From positions 233,076 through 265,075 of the forward strand of contig NZ_OMOH01000005.1 of NCBI RefSeq assembly GCF_900289195.1: a stretch of DNA of 32,000 bases. Reading direction: 5' to 3'. The first letter of the stretch is position 1, and the number at the start of each line of letters is the position of its first letter. The translations under genes and the position numbers were made by a program. Of this stretch, positions 10,066 through 19,585 are shown piece by piece. The stretch comes from Propionibacterium ruminifibrarum. Lineage in GTDB: Bacteria > Actinomycetota > Actinomycetes > Propionibacteriales > Propionibacteriaceae. Below the pieces are notes generated by a model. That model was not told the origin of the DNA and made no database searches. It saw nothing but the letters and a program-made list of their open reading frames with translations.

Positions 10066-11265
10066 TCAGTGGGCGCGGTGCGCGTCGTGGTATTCTGCGG
10101 CGGCCTTGTAGACGTCAACGGTCTGGGCGGCGATGGCCTCCCAGCTGAAATGGTCGATGCAGCGTTGGCGGCCGGCCTTGCCGAAGACCTCGACCTTGTC
10201 GGGATTGCCGACCATGTCATTCATAGCGACGGCGAAGCGGTGCTCGAAATCGGCCACGTACTCCGCGTCCTTCGCCTGGTCGGGGTCGTAGGAGACCAGT
10301 GTCCCGGTCGTGTCGTCGTCGACGACCTCGGGAATACCGCCGACCGCCGATGCCACGACGGCCGCCTCGCAGGCCATGGCCTCCAGGTTGACGATGCCCA
10401 GCGGCTCGTAGATCGAGGGGCAGGCGAAGAGCGTCGCATGCGAGTAGACCTGGCGGACTCCCTCACGCGGGGCCATCTCCTGCACCCAGATGACGTCATC
10501 GCCGTGCACCTTCTTGAGCGCGTCGAGGCTCTCGCCGAACTCGGCGGCGATCTCGGGCGTGTCGGGCGAGCTGGCCAGCAGGACGATCTGCGTGCCGGGG
10601 GTGAGTTCGCGGGCCGCGCGCACCAGGTGCACGAGCCCCTTCTGGCGCGTGATGCGTCCCACGAAGACCACCGATGGGCGGGACACGTCCATGCCGATCC
10701 GGTCGCAGAAGTCGTGGTCGTCGGTGGGGTAGAACTCCGTGACGTCGACACCGTTGCGCACGACGTGCACCTTGTCGGGATCGAGTTCCGGGTAGCACCG
10801 CAGGATGTCGCCGGCCATGGCGGTGCTCACCCCGATGATCGCCGAGGCGCCCTCGTAGGCGGTCCGCTCCGCCCAGCTGGACAGTTCGTAGCCGCCACCG
10901 AGCTGCTCCCGCTTCCAGGGGCGCAGGGGCTCCAGGGAGTGGGCGGTGACGACGTGGGGTATCGACTTGAACAGCCCACCCAGGTGGCCGGCCATGTTGG
11001 CGTACCAGGTGTGCGAGTGAACCAGGTCGGTCTCCTCGGGCAGTGCCGATACCATCGACAGGTCCGCGCCGAGCACTCGCAGGGCCGCGTTGGCCTCGGG
11101 CGGGAAGTCCTCGGCATGGGCGACCGCGCCGTCGCGGGGCTCGCCCATGCACTGCACATCGACGTTGATGAGGTCGCGCAGGCGCGGCACCAGCTGGGCC
11201 ACGTGGACGCCCGCGCCGCCGTAGACGGACGGGGGGTATTCGCGAGTAAGGATGGATGCATGCAT
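10066..11265 (-). CDS. glgA: GT4 glycogen-synthase-like glucosyltransferase (actinobacterial GlgA, renamed GlgM: ADP-glucose-dependent maltose-1-phosphate synthase)
   Basis: MHASILTREYPPSVYGGAGVHV N-terminus, GT-B C-terminal motifs (FACPSIYEPLGIVNLEAMA), and divergent pairing with glgC as in Rv1212c/Rv1213. Confidence 0.9.
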   Translation of the reverse strand: MHASILTREYPPSVYGGAGVHVAQLVPRLRDLINVDVQCMGEPRDGAVAHAEDFPPEANAALRVLGADLSMVSALPEETDLVHSHTWYANMAGHLGGLFKSIPHVVTAHSLEPLRPWKREQLGGGYELSSWAERTAYEGASAIIGVSTAMAGDILRCYPELDPDKVHVVRNGVDVTEFYPTDDHDFCDRIGMDVSRPSVVFVGRITRQKGLVHLVRAARELTPGTQIVLLASSPDTPEIAAEFGESLDALKKVHGDDVIWVQEMAPREGVRQVYSHATLFACPSIYEPLGIVNLEAMACEAAVVASAVGGIPEVVDDDTTGTLVSYDPDQAKDAEYVADFEHRFAVAMNDMVGNPDKVEVFGKAGRQRCIDHFSWEAIAAQTVDVYKAAAEYHDAHRAH

Positions 11266-11399
11266 GACCCGATCGTTTCACAGCTCGGCGTCGCCGGCCC
11301 AGGCGGTCGGTGAGTTTTCGCTTCCCAACTCTCGACCACTGCACGCAAGATCGGGTGCCCGCCTTGTCGCAGAACCGTTCCGGGCCGTAGGTTGAGGTC

Positions 11400-12644
11400 A
11401 TGGCTACACCCAGCGTTCTCTCCCTCGTGCTGGCGGGCGGCGAGGGCAAGCGGCTCATGCCCCTCACTGCTGACAGGGCAAAACCCGCCGTTCCCTTCGC
11501 CGGCTCGTACCGTCTCATCGATCTCGTCCTGTCCAACCTGGCGAACTCCAACCTGCTGAAGATCGCCGTCCTGACCCAGTACAAGTCGCACTCGCTCGAC
11601 CGTCACATCTCGGTCAAGTGGCGCATGTCGACGATGCTCGGTAACTACGTCACGCCAGTGCCGGCTCAGCAGCGCCGCGGCCCCCACTGGTACCAGGGGA
11701 GCGCTGACGCGATCTACCAGTCGATGAACCTCATCAACGACGCCGACCCCGACTACATCGTCGTCTTCGGGGCCGACAACATCTACCGCATGGACGTCAT
11801 GCAGATGCTCGAGGCCCACATCGACTCCGGCCTGGCCGCCACGGTGGCCGGAATTCGGGTGCCGCGTTCGGAGGCCTCGTCCTTCGGCGTCATCGACTCA
11901 GACAGCGACCACCGGATCAAGGGCTTCCTCGAGAAGCCCAAGGACCCGCCCGGCCTGCCCGACTCGCCCGACGAGGTCCTGGCCTCGATGGGCAACTACA
12001 TCTTCAGCCGTAAGGCGTTCGTCGAGATGCTCGAGGCCGACGGCGTCAACTCCGATTCCAAGCACGACATGGGCGGCGACATCGTCCCCGCCTTCGTCGA
12101 CGCCGGTGAGTGCGGGGTCTACGACTTCAAGGACAACGTCGTGCCAGGTGCCACCGAGCAGGACAAGGACTACTGGCGCGACGTCGGCACCATCGACGCC
12201 TTCCACGCCGCGCACATGGACCTCGTCTCGGTCGTGCCGCAGTTCAACCTGTACAACGAGCAGTGGCCCATCTGGGCGGACTCGATCCAGGCGCCGGGCG
12301 CCAAGTTCACCCTGCACGGCACGGCCGAGTCCTCGCTGGTGTCCGCGGGCTGCGTCATCTCCGGCGGTGACGTCGATCATTCGGTGCTCTGCCCGAAGGT
12401 CCGTGTCGAGAAGGGCGCCTCGCTGGACCGCTGCGTCCTCATGGACGGGGTCCAGGTGGGGGAGCAGTGCATCGTGCGCAACACGATCCTCGACAAGGGG
12501 GCCATCCTGCCGCCCGGGACGCATGTCGGGCTGGACCGGGAGGATGACGAGGCCCGTGGCCTGACGGTCTCGGCGGGAGGCGTCACCGTCGTGCCCAAGG
12601 GATTCACCGTGACCAAGGAGACGGCCTTCCGCGCCGACTCCTGA
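11400..12644 (+). CDS. glgC: Glucose-1-phosphate adenylyltransferase
   Basis: [38 protein letters not shown] and [11 protein letters not shown] motifs, with a C-terminal left-handed beta-helix. Confidence 0.95.
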   Translation: MATPSVLSLVLAGGEGKRLMPLTADRAKPAVPFAGSYRLIDLVLSNLANSNLLKIAVLTQYKSHSLDRHISVKWRMSTMLGNYVTPVPAQQRRGPHWYQGSADAIYQSMNLINDADPDYIVVFGADNIYRMDVMQMLEAHIDSGLAATVAGIRVPRSEASSFGVIDSDSDHRIKGFLEKPKDPPGLPDSPDEVLASMGNYIFSRKAFVEMLEADGVNSDSKHDMGGDIVPAFVDAGECGVYDFKDNVVPGATEQDKDYWRDVGTIDAFHAAHMDLVSVVPQFNLYNEQWPIWADSIQAPGAKFTLHGTAESSLVSAGCVISGGDVDHSVLCPKVRVEKGASLDRCVLMDGVQVGEQCIVRNTILDKGAILPPGTHVGLDREDDEARGLTVSAGGVTVVPKGFTVTKETAFRADS

Positions 12645-12666
12645 GCACCGGCCAGAACCGTGACAG

Positions 12667-12700
12667 GAGGAGGGCCCGGGGATCACCCCGGGCCCTCCTC
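12667..12700. terminator. Hairpin terminator between convergent glgC and the O-methyltransferase gene
   Basis: GAGGAGGGCCCGGGG-atca-CCCCGGGCCCTCCTC: a perfect 15-bp stem. Confidence 0.65.
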
Positions 12701-12737
12701 TCCCTTGTAAGGTGGCTCCGCCTCCGGCGCCGCGGTC

Positions 12738-13412
12738 TCAGCGGGTCTTGATCCCCACGAGCAGGCCCTCGCCCACGGGCAGCATCGCGCTGGTGAGGGT
12801 CTCGCTCTCGAGGACGGCCGCGAGCGTCTCGCGGATGATGAGGGCCTCGTCCTCCTCGTTGGAGGGGTCGGCGACCTTGTTCTGCCAGAGCACCTCATTG
12901 AGGATGACCATGCCGCCGGGCCGGAGCAGGCGCAGGGCCTGGTCGAGGTACTCGGCGTACTCGAGCTTGTCGCCGTTGACGAAGACGATGTCGTAGGCGC
13001 CGTCGCGCAGGTTGTTCAGCACGTCCAGCGGGCTGCCGGGGATGAGACGGAAACGGCGCGTGGGGATCTTCTCGGCCGTGAAGGCACGGCGGGCCTCCAC
13101 CTGCCACTGGGTCTGCACGTCGATCGAGGTGAGGACACCGTGCTCGTTCATGCCGGCGAAGAAGGCCAGCCCCGATGCGCCGGTGCTCGTGCCGATCTCG
13201 ACGACGGCCTGCGCGTCGACCGCCTTGGCCAGCATCGTCAGGGTGGCACACGTCCCGCTGCTGAGTGCCGGTGCGCCCTCCAGGACAGCCTGCTCGCGGG
13301 CGGTGCGAACCGACTCGACGGCGGGGATGAAATCATCGGCGTAGGACAGGGAACGGGGGTTCAGCCCGTCCTGGGTGGGATTCTTGCTGCTCGAAGAGGT
13401 TGACACGTGCAC
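12738..13412 (-). CDS. Class I SAM-dependent O-methyltransferase (family 3, caffeoyl-CoA OMT-like)
   Basis: SAM-binding VVEIGTSTGASGLAF, plus DIVFVNGDK and LLRPGGMVILNEVLW motifs. GTG start at 13412 (13406 is possible). Confidence 0.85.
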   Translation of the reverse strand: MHVSTSSSSKNPTQDGLNPRSLSYADDFIPAVESVRTAREQAVLEGAPALSSGTCATLTMLAKAVDAQAVVEIGTSTGASGLAFFAGMNEHGVLTSIDVQTQWQVEARRAFTAEKIPTRRFRLIPGSPLDVLNNLRDGAYDIVFVNGDKLEYAEYLDQALRLLRPGGMVILNEVLWQNKVADPSNEEDEALIIRETLAAVLESETLTSAMLPVGEGLLVGIKTR

Positions 13413-13475
13413 AGCCTAGCCGCCCGGGTCTCTACCATGGGTTGAGGCATATCGCACGGATGAAAGGCGACAACG

Positions 13476-14357
13476 ATGAGCGAACCGATTTTCGGGCGAC
13501 TGTTGACAGCGATGGTCACACCCTTCGACGGCGAGAGGAAGCTCGACCTTGACAAGGCCAAGGTGCTCGCGGCTCATCTTGTCGACGACATGAGCAACGA
13601 CGCCCTGGTCATCTCCGGCACAACCGGCGAGGCCCCCACGACCACCGCCCAGGAGAAGTTCGACCTGCTCGCGGCGGTCAAGGCGGAGGTCGGTGACCGC
13701 GCCAAACTGGTCGCCGGGGTCGGCACGAACGACACGGCCGTGAGCGTCGAGCTCGCCCGTCAGGCCGAGCAGGCCGGCGCCGATGGCCTGCTGGCCGTCA
13801 CGCCCTACTACTCCCTGCCCCCGCAGGAGATGATCATCGACCACTTCGTGGCCATCGCCGACGCCACGAGCCTGCCGGTCATCCTCTACGACATCCCGCA
13901 CCGGACCGGGCGTCCGATCGAGACCGAGTCACTGCTCACGCTGGCGAAGCACCCGAGGATCCGCGCCGTCAAGGACGCGAAGAAGAATCTCGACGCCTCG
14001 TCCCGTGTCATGGCCGAGACCGACCTGACCTACTACTCGGGTGACGACGCCATCACCCTGCCCCTCATGGCGATCGGCGGCGCAGGGGTGATCGGTACGA
14101 GCACCCACTTCACCGGGCGGCGCACCCATGAGATGATCGACGCCTTCTGCCGAGGCGACGTGGCCGAGGCGCTGCGCCTGCACCGCGCGCTGCTGCCCAT
14201 CTTCACCGGCGTCTTCGCCACCCAGGGCTGCATGATGGTCAAGGCCGGCCTGGCCCACCAGGGCCTCGACGTCGGCGCCTGCCGGCCACCGCTGCAGAGC
14301 GCCCCGGCCGAACTGGCCGAGGTCTTCTTCGGGCTCCTCGACGCGGCCGATCTGTGA
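13476..14357 (+). CDS. dapA: 4-hydroxy-tetrahydrodipicolinate synthase
   Basis: GRLLTAMVTPFD, ISGTTGEAPTTT, PYYSLPPQ, YDIPHRTG and AVKDAK (Schiff-base Lys) motifs. Confidence 0.93.
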   Translation: MSEPIFGRLLTAMVTPFDGERKLDLDKAKVLAAHLVDDMSNDALVISGTTGEAPTTTAQEKFDLLAAVKAEVGDRAKLVAGVGTNDTAVSVELARQAEQAGADGLLAVTPYYSLPPQEMIIDHFVAIADATSLPVILYDIPHRTGRPIETESLLTLAKHPRIRAVKDAKKNLDASSRVMAETDLTYYSGDDAITLPLMAIGGAGVIGTSTHFTGRRTHEMIDAFCRGDVAEALRLHRALLPIFTGVFATQGCMMVKAGLAHQGLDVGACRPPLQSAPAELAEVFFGLLDAADL

Positions 14358-14448
14358 GCCGTCGGCCCGGGTGAGGGGCGGGCGCAGTCCCGCTTCCCGC
14401 CCGGGCCCCGTGTTTCTCCGGGGCGGCTAACCTTGGGGCGTGGTCCCC

Positions 14449-15006
14449 ATGAGTTTCCTCGGCATCAATGCCAGCGAGTTCCTCATCCTCGTTGTGCTCG
14501 CCGTGATCTTCTTCGGGCCCGAGCGCATCCCCGAGTTCAGCCGCAAGGCGGCGCGGGTGGTCTTCTACGTGCGGAACATCGCCAACGGCGCCACCCAGCA
14601 GCTCAAGGACGAGCTCGGCCCCGAGTACCAGGACTTGACGCTTGACGACCTGAACCCCAAGAACTTCGTCCAGAAGCACCTGCTCGACGACATCCAGGCC
14701 GACCTCGACGGCGTCAAGAACGACCTCAACGACGTCAAACGCGAGATGACCTCGGCGACGAGTGCCGCGGCCGGCGCGACGAGCACCGTGAACCAGGCCG
14801 TCCGCGACGCGGCCCCCAAGAAACCGAGCGCCGGCCAGGCGCGGGCCGCCCACGGTGCACGGGACGGGTCCTCACCGGCCCGGCCGCAGGCCGCCTCGCC
14901 GGTGACGAGTGCGGCAGCCGGTCAGGCGACGGCGACGGCACTGGATGCCGCGGTGAACGCCATGAAGGCGCGCTACGGCCTCTGCTTCGACCTCGACGCG
15001 ACCTGA
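14449..15006 (+). CDS. tatB: Twin-arginine translocase TatA/TatB-family subunit, TatB-like
   Basis: MSFLGINASEFLILVVLAVIFFGPERIPEFSRKAAR is the Tat subunit TM plus amphipathic-helix signature, followed by a long disordered tail. GTG 14440 is an alternative start. Confidence 0.7.
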   Translation: MSFLGINASEFLILVVLAVIFFGPERIPEFSRKAARVVFYVRNIANGATQQLKDELGPEYQDLTLDDLNPKNFVQKHLLDDIQADLDGVKNDLNDVKREMTSATSAAAGATSTVNQAVRDAAPKKPSAGQARAAHGARDGSSPARPQAASPVTSAAAGQATATALDAAVNAMKARYGLCFDLDAT

Positions 15007-15031
15007 GGGATCGCCCGCCCGGGGCGGGTCC

Positions 15032-16195
15032 TCAACTCACCGAGAGGTTCAGCGCCTTGCCCTTGAGGCCCTTGCGGTGCGAGGTGACGATGGCCGCCAA
15101 CGTCTGGATGGCCTGCGTCGTCGGGCTGTTCTCGTCGGTGAGGACGATCGGGCTGCCCGTCTCGCCGCCTGCGCTGACCCGCGGGTCGACCGGGATCTGC
15201 ACCAGCAGGTTGATCTTGCGGTTGCAGCGCTCGGACAGTGCGTCGGCGGTGGCCTGGCCCCCGCCGGCCCCGAAGAGCTCAACCTTGTGGTGCTCGTGGC
15301 AGTGCGGGCACTCGACGTCGTAGTAGCTCATGTTCTCGACGACGCCGAGCACGTGCTGGTGCAGCATCTCGGCCATCGTGCCGGCCCGCTCGGAGACCTC
15401 GGAGACGTTCGACTGGGGAGTGGTCACCACGAGCACGTCGGAGTTCGGGATCTTCTGGCCGACCGCCAGCGCGACGTCACCCGTGCCCGGGGGCAGGTCG
15501 ATGAGCAGATAGTCCAGGTCGCCCCAGAAGACGTCGGACAGCAGCTGGGTGATGGCGCGGTCGAGGATGGGGCCGCGCCAGGCGATGACCTGGTCGCGGG
15601 ACTGCTTGAGCATGCCCATCGAGATCACGTTGATGCCAGAGACCGGGACGGGCAGGATCATCTCGTCCACGACGGTGGGCCGGGCCTCACCGATGCCGAG
15701 CAGATCGGGAATCGAGTGGCCGTAGATGTCGGCGTCCAGCAGCCCCACCTTCAGCCCGCGCTGGGCGAGGGCCAGGGCCAGGTTGACCGTGACGGAGCTC
15801 TTCCCGACGCCGCCCTTGCCGGAGGCGACGGCCACGACCCGGGTGAGATTGCCGGGCTGGGAGAAGGGTATGACGTTCTCCGCCTTGCCGCCCTGCAGGG
15901 ACTTGCGCATCGCCGCGCGCTGCTCGTCGTTCATGACGCCCATCTCCACCTCGACGCCGGTGACGCCTCGAACGGCGGACAAGACCCTCGTGACGTCCTG
16001 CCGGATGGTCGCGTGCAGCGGACAGCCCGGTACGGTCAGCAGCACCTTCACGGTGACGACACCATCGTCACCGATGATGACGTCCTCGACCATGCCGAGG
16101 TCGTCGATCGGGCGGCGGATCTCTGGATCCTGCACGTTGTGGAGAGCCGCCCGGATCTGGGACAGCATGGGGTTCGGCGCTTCGCTCATAGGCAT
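15032..16195 (-). CDS. mrp: Mrp/ApbC-family Fe-S cluster carrier ATPase with N-terminal DUF59 domain
   Basis: DUF59-like N-terminus (VQDPEIRRPIDDLGMV), deviant Walker A VASGKGGVGKSS, and a CPHC motif. Confidence 0.9.
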   Translation of the reverse strand: MPMSEAPNPMLSQIRAALHNVQDPEIRRPIDDLGMVEDVIIGDDGVVTVKVLLTVPGCPLHATIRQDVTRVLSAVRGVTGVEVEMGVMNDEQRAAMRKSLQGGKAENVIPFSQPGNLTRVVAVASGKGGVGKSSVTVNLALALAQRGLKVGLLDADIYGHSIPDLLGIGEARPTVVDEMILPVPVSGINVISMGMLKQSRDQVIAWRGPILDRAITQLLSDVFWGDLDYLLIDLPPGTGDVALAVGQKIPNSDVLVVTTPQSNVSEVSERAGTMAEMLHQHVLGVVENMSYYDVECPHCHEHHKVELFGAGGGQATADALSERCNRKINLLVQIPVDPRVSAGGETGSPIVLTDENSPTTQAIQTLAAIVTSHRKGLKGKALNLSVS

Positions 16196-16300
16196 GTGTC
16201 TACGTCACTTCCATGGTTTGTTTCAAATGCGGTGGAAGAATTCCCCGTCCGGGGGCGGTTCCGGAGGGCGGTCCCGCCCAGGCCGGTACTTAGGCGGGGC

Positions 16301-16846
16301 CTACGGGCCGCTCTCGGTGGCCGGCCCCTCGGTGTCCTCCTCGGAGTTGTTGCCGTGCTCCAGCTCGAACAACAGCTCGCGCAGCTGATCGCGCAGCTCC
16401 GAGCGGACGAAATCCCTGGTCGCCATGTCGCCGACGTTGGAGCGCAGCGTGGCGATCTCGCGCGCCAGGTAGTCCATGTCCGCTCGTGACTGGGCATTGA
16501 CGCGCCTGTCGTCGTCGAGGGAGGCCTTGTCACGGGCCTCCTGGCGGTTCTGGGCCAACAGGATCAGCGGGGCCGAGTACGAGGCCTGCGTGCTGAAGGC
16601 CAGGTTGAGCAGGATGAAGGGGTAGGGGTCCCAGTGGCGCCACCGGCCGATCAGGTTGAGGACGACCCAGCTGATGACGAAGATGGTCATCCACAGCAGG
16701 AACCGCGGGCTGCCCATGAATCGAGCGATCCACTCGGCGAACTGGCCGAAGGTCTCCTCGTTGAACCGGAGGCGACGCCGGCGGTGGAAACCCGTGCGGT
16801 CCCCGGGCGTGTTGAGGCGGTCCTCGGGGCGCTGGCTGTCGGCCAT
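16301..16846 (-). CDS. DUF1003-domain membrane protein
   Basis: Two TM helices (FLLWMTIFVISWVVLNLI; FILLNLAFSTQASYSAPLILL) followed by NRQEARDK and a coiled-coil tail, typical of DUF1003. The ATG at 16846 overlaps the upstream stop (TGATG), with GGGAGG 8 nt upstream. Confidence 0.8.
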   Translation of the reverse strand: MADSQRPEDRLNTPGDRTGFHRRRRLRFNEETFGQFAEWIARFMGSPRFLLWMTIFVISWVVLNLIGRWRHWDPYPFILLNLAFSTQASYSAPLILLAQNRQEARDKASLDDDRRVNAQSRADMDYLAREIATLRSNVGDMATRDFVRSELRDQLRELLFELEHGNNSEEDTEGPATESGP

Positions 16847-18135
16847 CAACTCACCTCCCGGTCATTGGGCAGTTCATCCGGTTCGATCCCGTCCATCTGG
16901 TCGCCGCGCCAGTCGTCCGGCAGCATGTGGTCGAGCACGTCGTCCACGGTGACGGCGCCGATGAGCTGGTGTTCGGTGTTGACGACGGGCGCGATGACCA
17001 GGTTGTAGGTGGCGAAGTAGCGGGAGACCTTGTTCAGGTCGGCGTCGGGCGTCAACGGCTGCAGTGCGTCGTCGATCACCGTCGAGGCCATCAGGCTCGG
17101 CGGCTCGCGCAGCAGGCGCTGGACGTGGGCGGCGCCCAGGTAGCGGCCCGACGGGGTGTCCGTCGGCGGTCGGGTGATGAAGACCATCGAGGCCGCGGCG
17201 GGCGTCACCTCGGGGTTGCGCAGCTGCGCCAGAGCCTGGGCGATCGTTGCGTCGGGGGCGACGATCACCGGTTCGGGCGTCATCATGCCGCCGGCCGTGA
17301 GTTCCTCGTACTGCATGAGGTTGCGCACGTCGGCGGCCTCCTCCGGCTCCATGCGGGCCAGCAGGTCCTCGGCGAACTCCTCGGGCAGGTCGTTGATGAG
17401 GTCGGTGGCGTCGTCGGGATCCATCTCCTCGAGGACGTCCGCCGCCCGCTCGACCTCCAGGGCGCTCAGCAGGGCGACCTGCTCGTCCTCCGGCAGCTCC
17501 TGGAAGGCATCGGCCAGCTGCTCGTCGGCCAGCGCGCGGGCCACGTCGGTGCGCTGGGCAGGGGACATGTCGTGCAGCTCGCGGGCCACGTCGGCCGGAC
17601 GCATGTCGGCCAGCTGGGCGACCTTGCGGTCGGTCGCCTCGTCGTCGGCGGCCAGTGATGGCGCGATCTCGTCCCACGGCACCTGGAAGAGGGTGCCCTT
17701 GCGGGATGTGAAGCTGAATCGTCTGGTCGTGGTCTCACGCAACGCCGCCTGAGTGATCTCCCACTGCCGGTTGCGCATCTCCTGCATGGCGACATCGAAG
17801 ATCAGCGCCTTCTTACCGTCGGTGGTCACCACCGTGCGGTCGAAGAGGTCGTCGAAGACCAGGGTCTCGCCCTCTCTCTGGTGGAAACGACGGGCGTCGA
17901 TCACGCCGGACAATGACAGGCGTTCGGCGTCGATCGATTGGACGCGGGCCATCGGCACGAAGATGCGGCGTGCGGCGAGCAGTTCGATGACCAGCCCCTT
18001 GACCCTGGGAAGACGCCCGAGGGCACGGAACTGGGTGACGAAGTCACGGACCTTGCCCACCTGATCACCCGAGGCATCCAGCACCGGCAGGCCCTGCAGG
18101 CGTGACAGGAAGATCGAGGAGACGACAGGACTCAC
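16846..18135 (-). CDS. Soluble MgtE-N + CBS-pair protein with PRC-barrel-like N-terminus (no MgtE membrane domain)
   Basis: The central acidic helical repeat region (ADVARELHDMSPAQRTDVARALADEQLADAFQELPEDEQVALLSALEVERAADVLEEMDPDDATDLINDLPEE) is the MgtE intracellular N domain, followed by a CBS pair. The ORF ends without TM helices. GTG start. Confidence 0.8.
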   Translation of the reverse strand: MSPVVSSIFLSRLQGLPVLDASGDQVGKVRDFVTQFRALGRLPRVKGLVIELLAARRIFVPMARVQSIDAERLSLSGVIDARRFHQREGETLVFDDLFDRTVVTTDGKKALIFDVAMQEMRNRQWEITQAALRETTTRRFSFTSRKGTLFQVPWDEIAPSLAADDEATDRKVAQLADMRPADVARELHDMSPAQRTDVARALADEQLADAFQELPEDEQVALLSALEVERAADVLEEMDPDDATDLINDLPEEFAEDLLARMEPEEAADVRNLMQYEELTAGGMMTPEPVIVAPDATIAQALAQLRNPEVTPAAASMVFITRPPTDTPSGRYLGAAHVQRLLREPPSLMASTVIDDALQPLTPDADLNKVSRYFATYNLVIAPVVNTEHQLIGAVTVDDVLDHMLPDDWRGDQMDGIEPDELPNDREVS

Positions 18136-18167
18136 GGGTGAAGATTACCCGCTGACGACCCGAAATC

Positions 18168-18205
18168 AGCCGGGTCCGCTCGGCGATCGCCGAACGGACC
18201 CGGCT
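18168..18205 (-). terminator. 38-bp near-perfect palindrome; probable terminator of the dsbA-MBL operon
   Basis: AGCCGGGTCCGcTCGGCGATCGCCGAaCGGACCCGGCT has one C/A mismatch. It starts 35 bp beyond the MBL stop, and on the minus strand it is followed by GATTTCGGG. Confidence 0.55.
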
Positions 18206-18239
18206 TGTCGCTTCAGGGATCGGAGCCTTCGCGGCGGCC

Positions 18240-18863
18240 TCAGCGATACCTCGCCGCCTCCGCCTCGACCGTGGTCGGTTCGGAGTGGCCCGAGTACAGC
18301 ACCGTGTCCGGTGGCAGCGTGAAGATCTTCTGCGCGATGGTGCTCAGCAGCTGGTCGGCGTTCCCGCCCGGGTATCCGGGGTTGCCGAGGCTCCCCTTGA
18401 AGATCGTGTCACCGACGAAGCAGGCCCGGTCGGCGCCGCTCAGGAACAGCGTCGAGTCCTCGGTGTGCCCCGGGGCGCCGATGACGTCCAGGAAGAACCC
18501 CGGGTTGGCCTGGAGCCGGATCCGGTCACCGTCGTGGAGCGGCCTGTGGCCGGGCACCACGACGTTCCTGTCGCAGTACGCGGAAAGGTTCATGTGGGTG
18601 TCGGTCAGGTACTTCTCGGCGCCCTGGTAGGCCAGAACCGGTATGGGCATCTCGGCCAGGAGTGCTTCGATCCCGCCGGTGTGGTCGAAGTGCCCGTGTG
18701 TCAGTACCACGTACTCGATCGTCCAGTCGTTCCGGCGGATCGTCTCGGCGAGGCGACGCCCCTCCGCGCCGGGATCGACCAGGAAGCCGTGCCCGGTGGC
18801 CGGGTCGATGCTGACGTAGCAGTTGGTCGTGAAGACGTCCGTGACGAAAATGGTCCTGATCAT
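18240..18863 (-). CDS. MBL-fold metallo-hydrolase (glyoxalase II / hydroxyacylglutathione hydrolase-like)
   Basis: THGHFDHTGG metal-binding motif, plus later GAPGHTEDS and SGHSEPT. I prefer ATG 18863 (MIRTIFV), which forms an ATGA overlap with the dsbA stop. The track start at 18875 is GTG. Confidence 0.85.
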   Translation of the reverse strand: MIRTIFVTDVFTTNCYVSIDPATGHGFLVDPGAEGRRLAETIRRNDWTIEYVVLTHGHFDHTGGIEALLAEMPIPVLAYQGAEKYLTDTHMNLSAYCDRNVVVPGHRPLHDGDRIRLQANPGFFLDVIGAPGHTEDSTLFLSGADRACFVGDTIFKGSLGNPGYPGGNADQLLSTIAQKIFTLPPDTVLYSGHSEPTTVEAEAARYR

Positions 18864-19558
18864 CGGATCCGGCACCCGTCGGGGCCGCAGGATGCTCCCT
18901 CGGGCGCGTCCGGCCCGGCCTGCTCCTCCTCCAGCGCCTTGCTGAGGACGGACTCCAGCTGCTCGGCGGGGACCGCTCCGGGCACGCCGTACCGGCCGAT
19001 CACGAAGAATGGCACGGCGTGGACCCCGTACCGGGCCGCCTCCCTCTCGTCGAGTCGGACCTCGTCCTCGTAGCGGCTGGAGGAGAGGAATGCGGCGGTC
19101 TCCTGCCTGTCGAGCCCTGCGGCCTGCGCCACGTCGAGGAGGACCTCGTGGTCGGCGAGCTCGAGGTTCTTCGAGAAGTAGGCCTCGAAGAGGGCCTCCG
19201 AGAGTCGTTCGGCCACGTCGGCGCCCTTGGTCGTGGCGTACTTCGTCAACCGGTGGGCGTCCATGGTGTTCGTGAACAGGGTCGTCGCGTAGTTGAACTC
19301 GAGTCCCTCCTGCCTGCCCAACTCCGAGATGTCCTCGATCCTCGCCGCGGCCTCCTCGGTGCTGAGCCCGTACTTGGCGGCGAAGCGGTCCAGGGTGCTT
19401 CCCGCGGAGCGCTGCGGCGCTGCGGGGTCGAGCTGGAAGGACTTCATCTCGAGCTCGATGCTGGTGCCCGCCGGGAGTTCGGCGATCGCCTTCTTCAGCC
19501 GTGTCTCGCCGATGTAGCAGTAGGGGCAGGCGTAGTCGGACCAGTACGTGATGTTCAT
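18860..19558 (-). CDS. DsbA-family thiol:disulfide oxidoreductase, FrnE-like
   Basis: MNITYWSDYACPYCYIGE has a CPYC active site, and there is a C-terminal CGPDGC (CX4C) tail as described for FrnE. AAGGAG RBS before ATG 19558. The track's upstream extension is rejected. Confidence 0.85.
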   Translation of the reverse strand: MNITYWSDYACPYCYIGETRLKKAIAELPAGTSIELEMKSFQLDPAAPQRSAGSTLDRFAAKYGLSTEEAAARIEDISELGRQEGLEFNYATTLFTNTMDAHRLTKYATTKGADVAERLSEALFEAYFSKNLELADHEVLLDVAQAAGLDRQETAAFLSSSRYEDEVRLDEREAARYGVHAVPFFVIGRYGVPGAVPAEQLESVLSKALEEEQAGPDAPEGASCGPDGCRIR

Positions 19559-19585
19559 CCGGTGCTCCTTGTCTCGCGTCGGATC

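Noticed and set aside
16880-16890. GGTTCGATCCC, a tRNA T-loop-like string
   Set aside because: It lies inside the MgtE-N/CBS coding frame, and no acceptor, anticodon or D-arm pairing can be built around it. I found no tRNA anywhere in the window.
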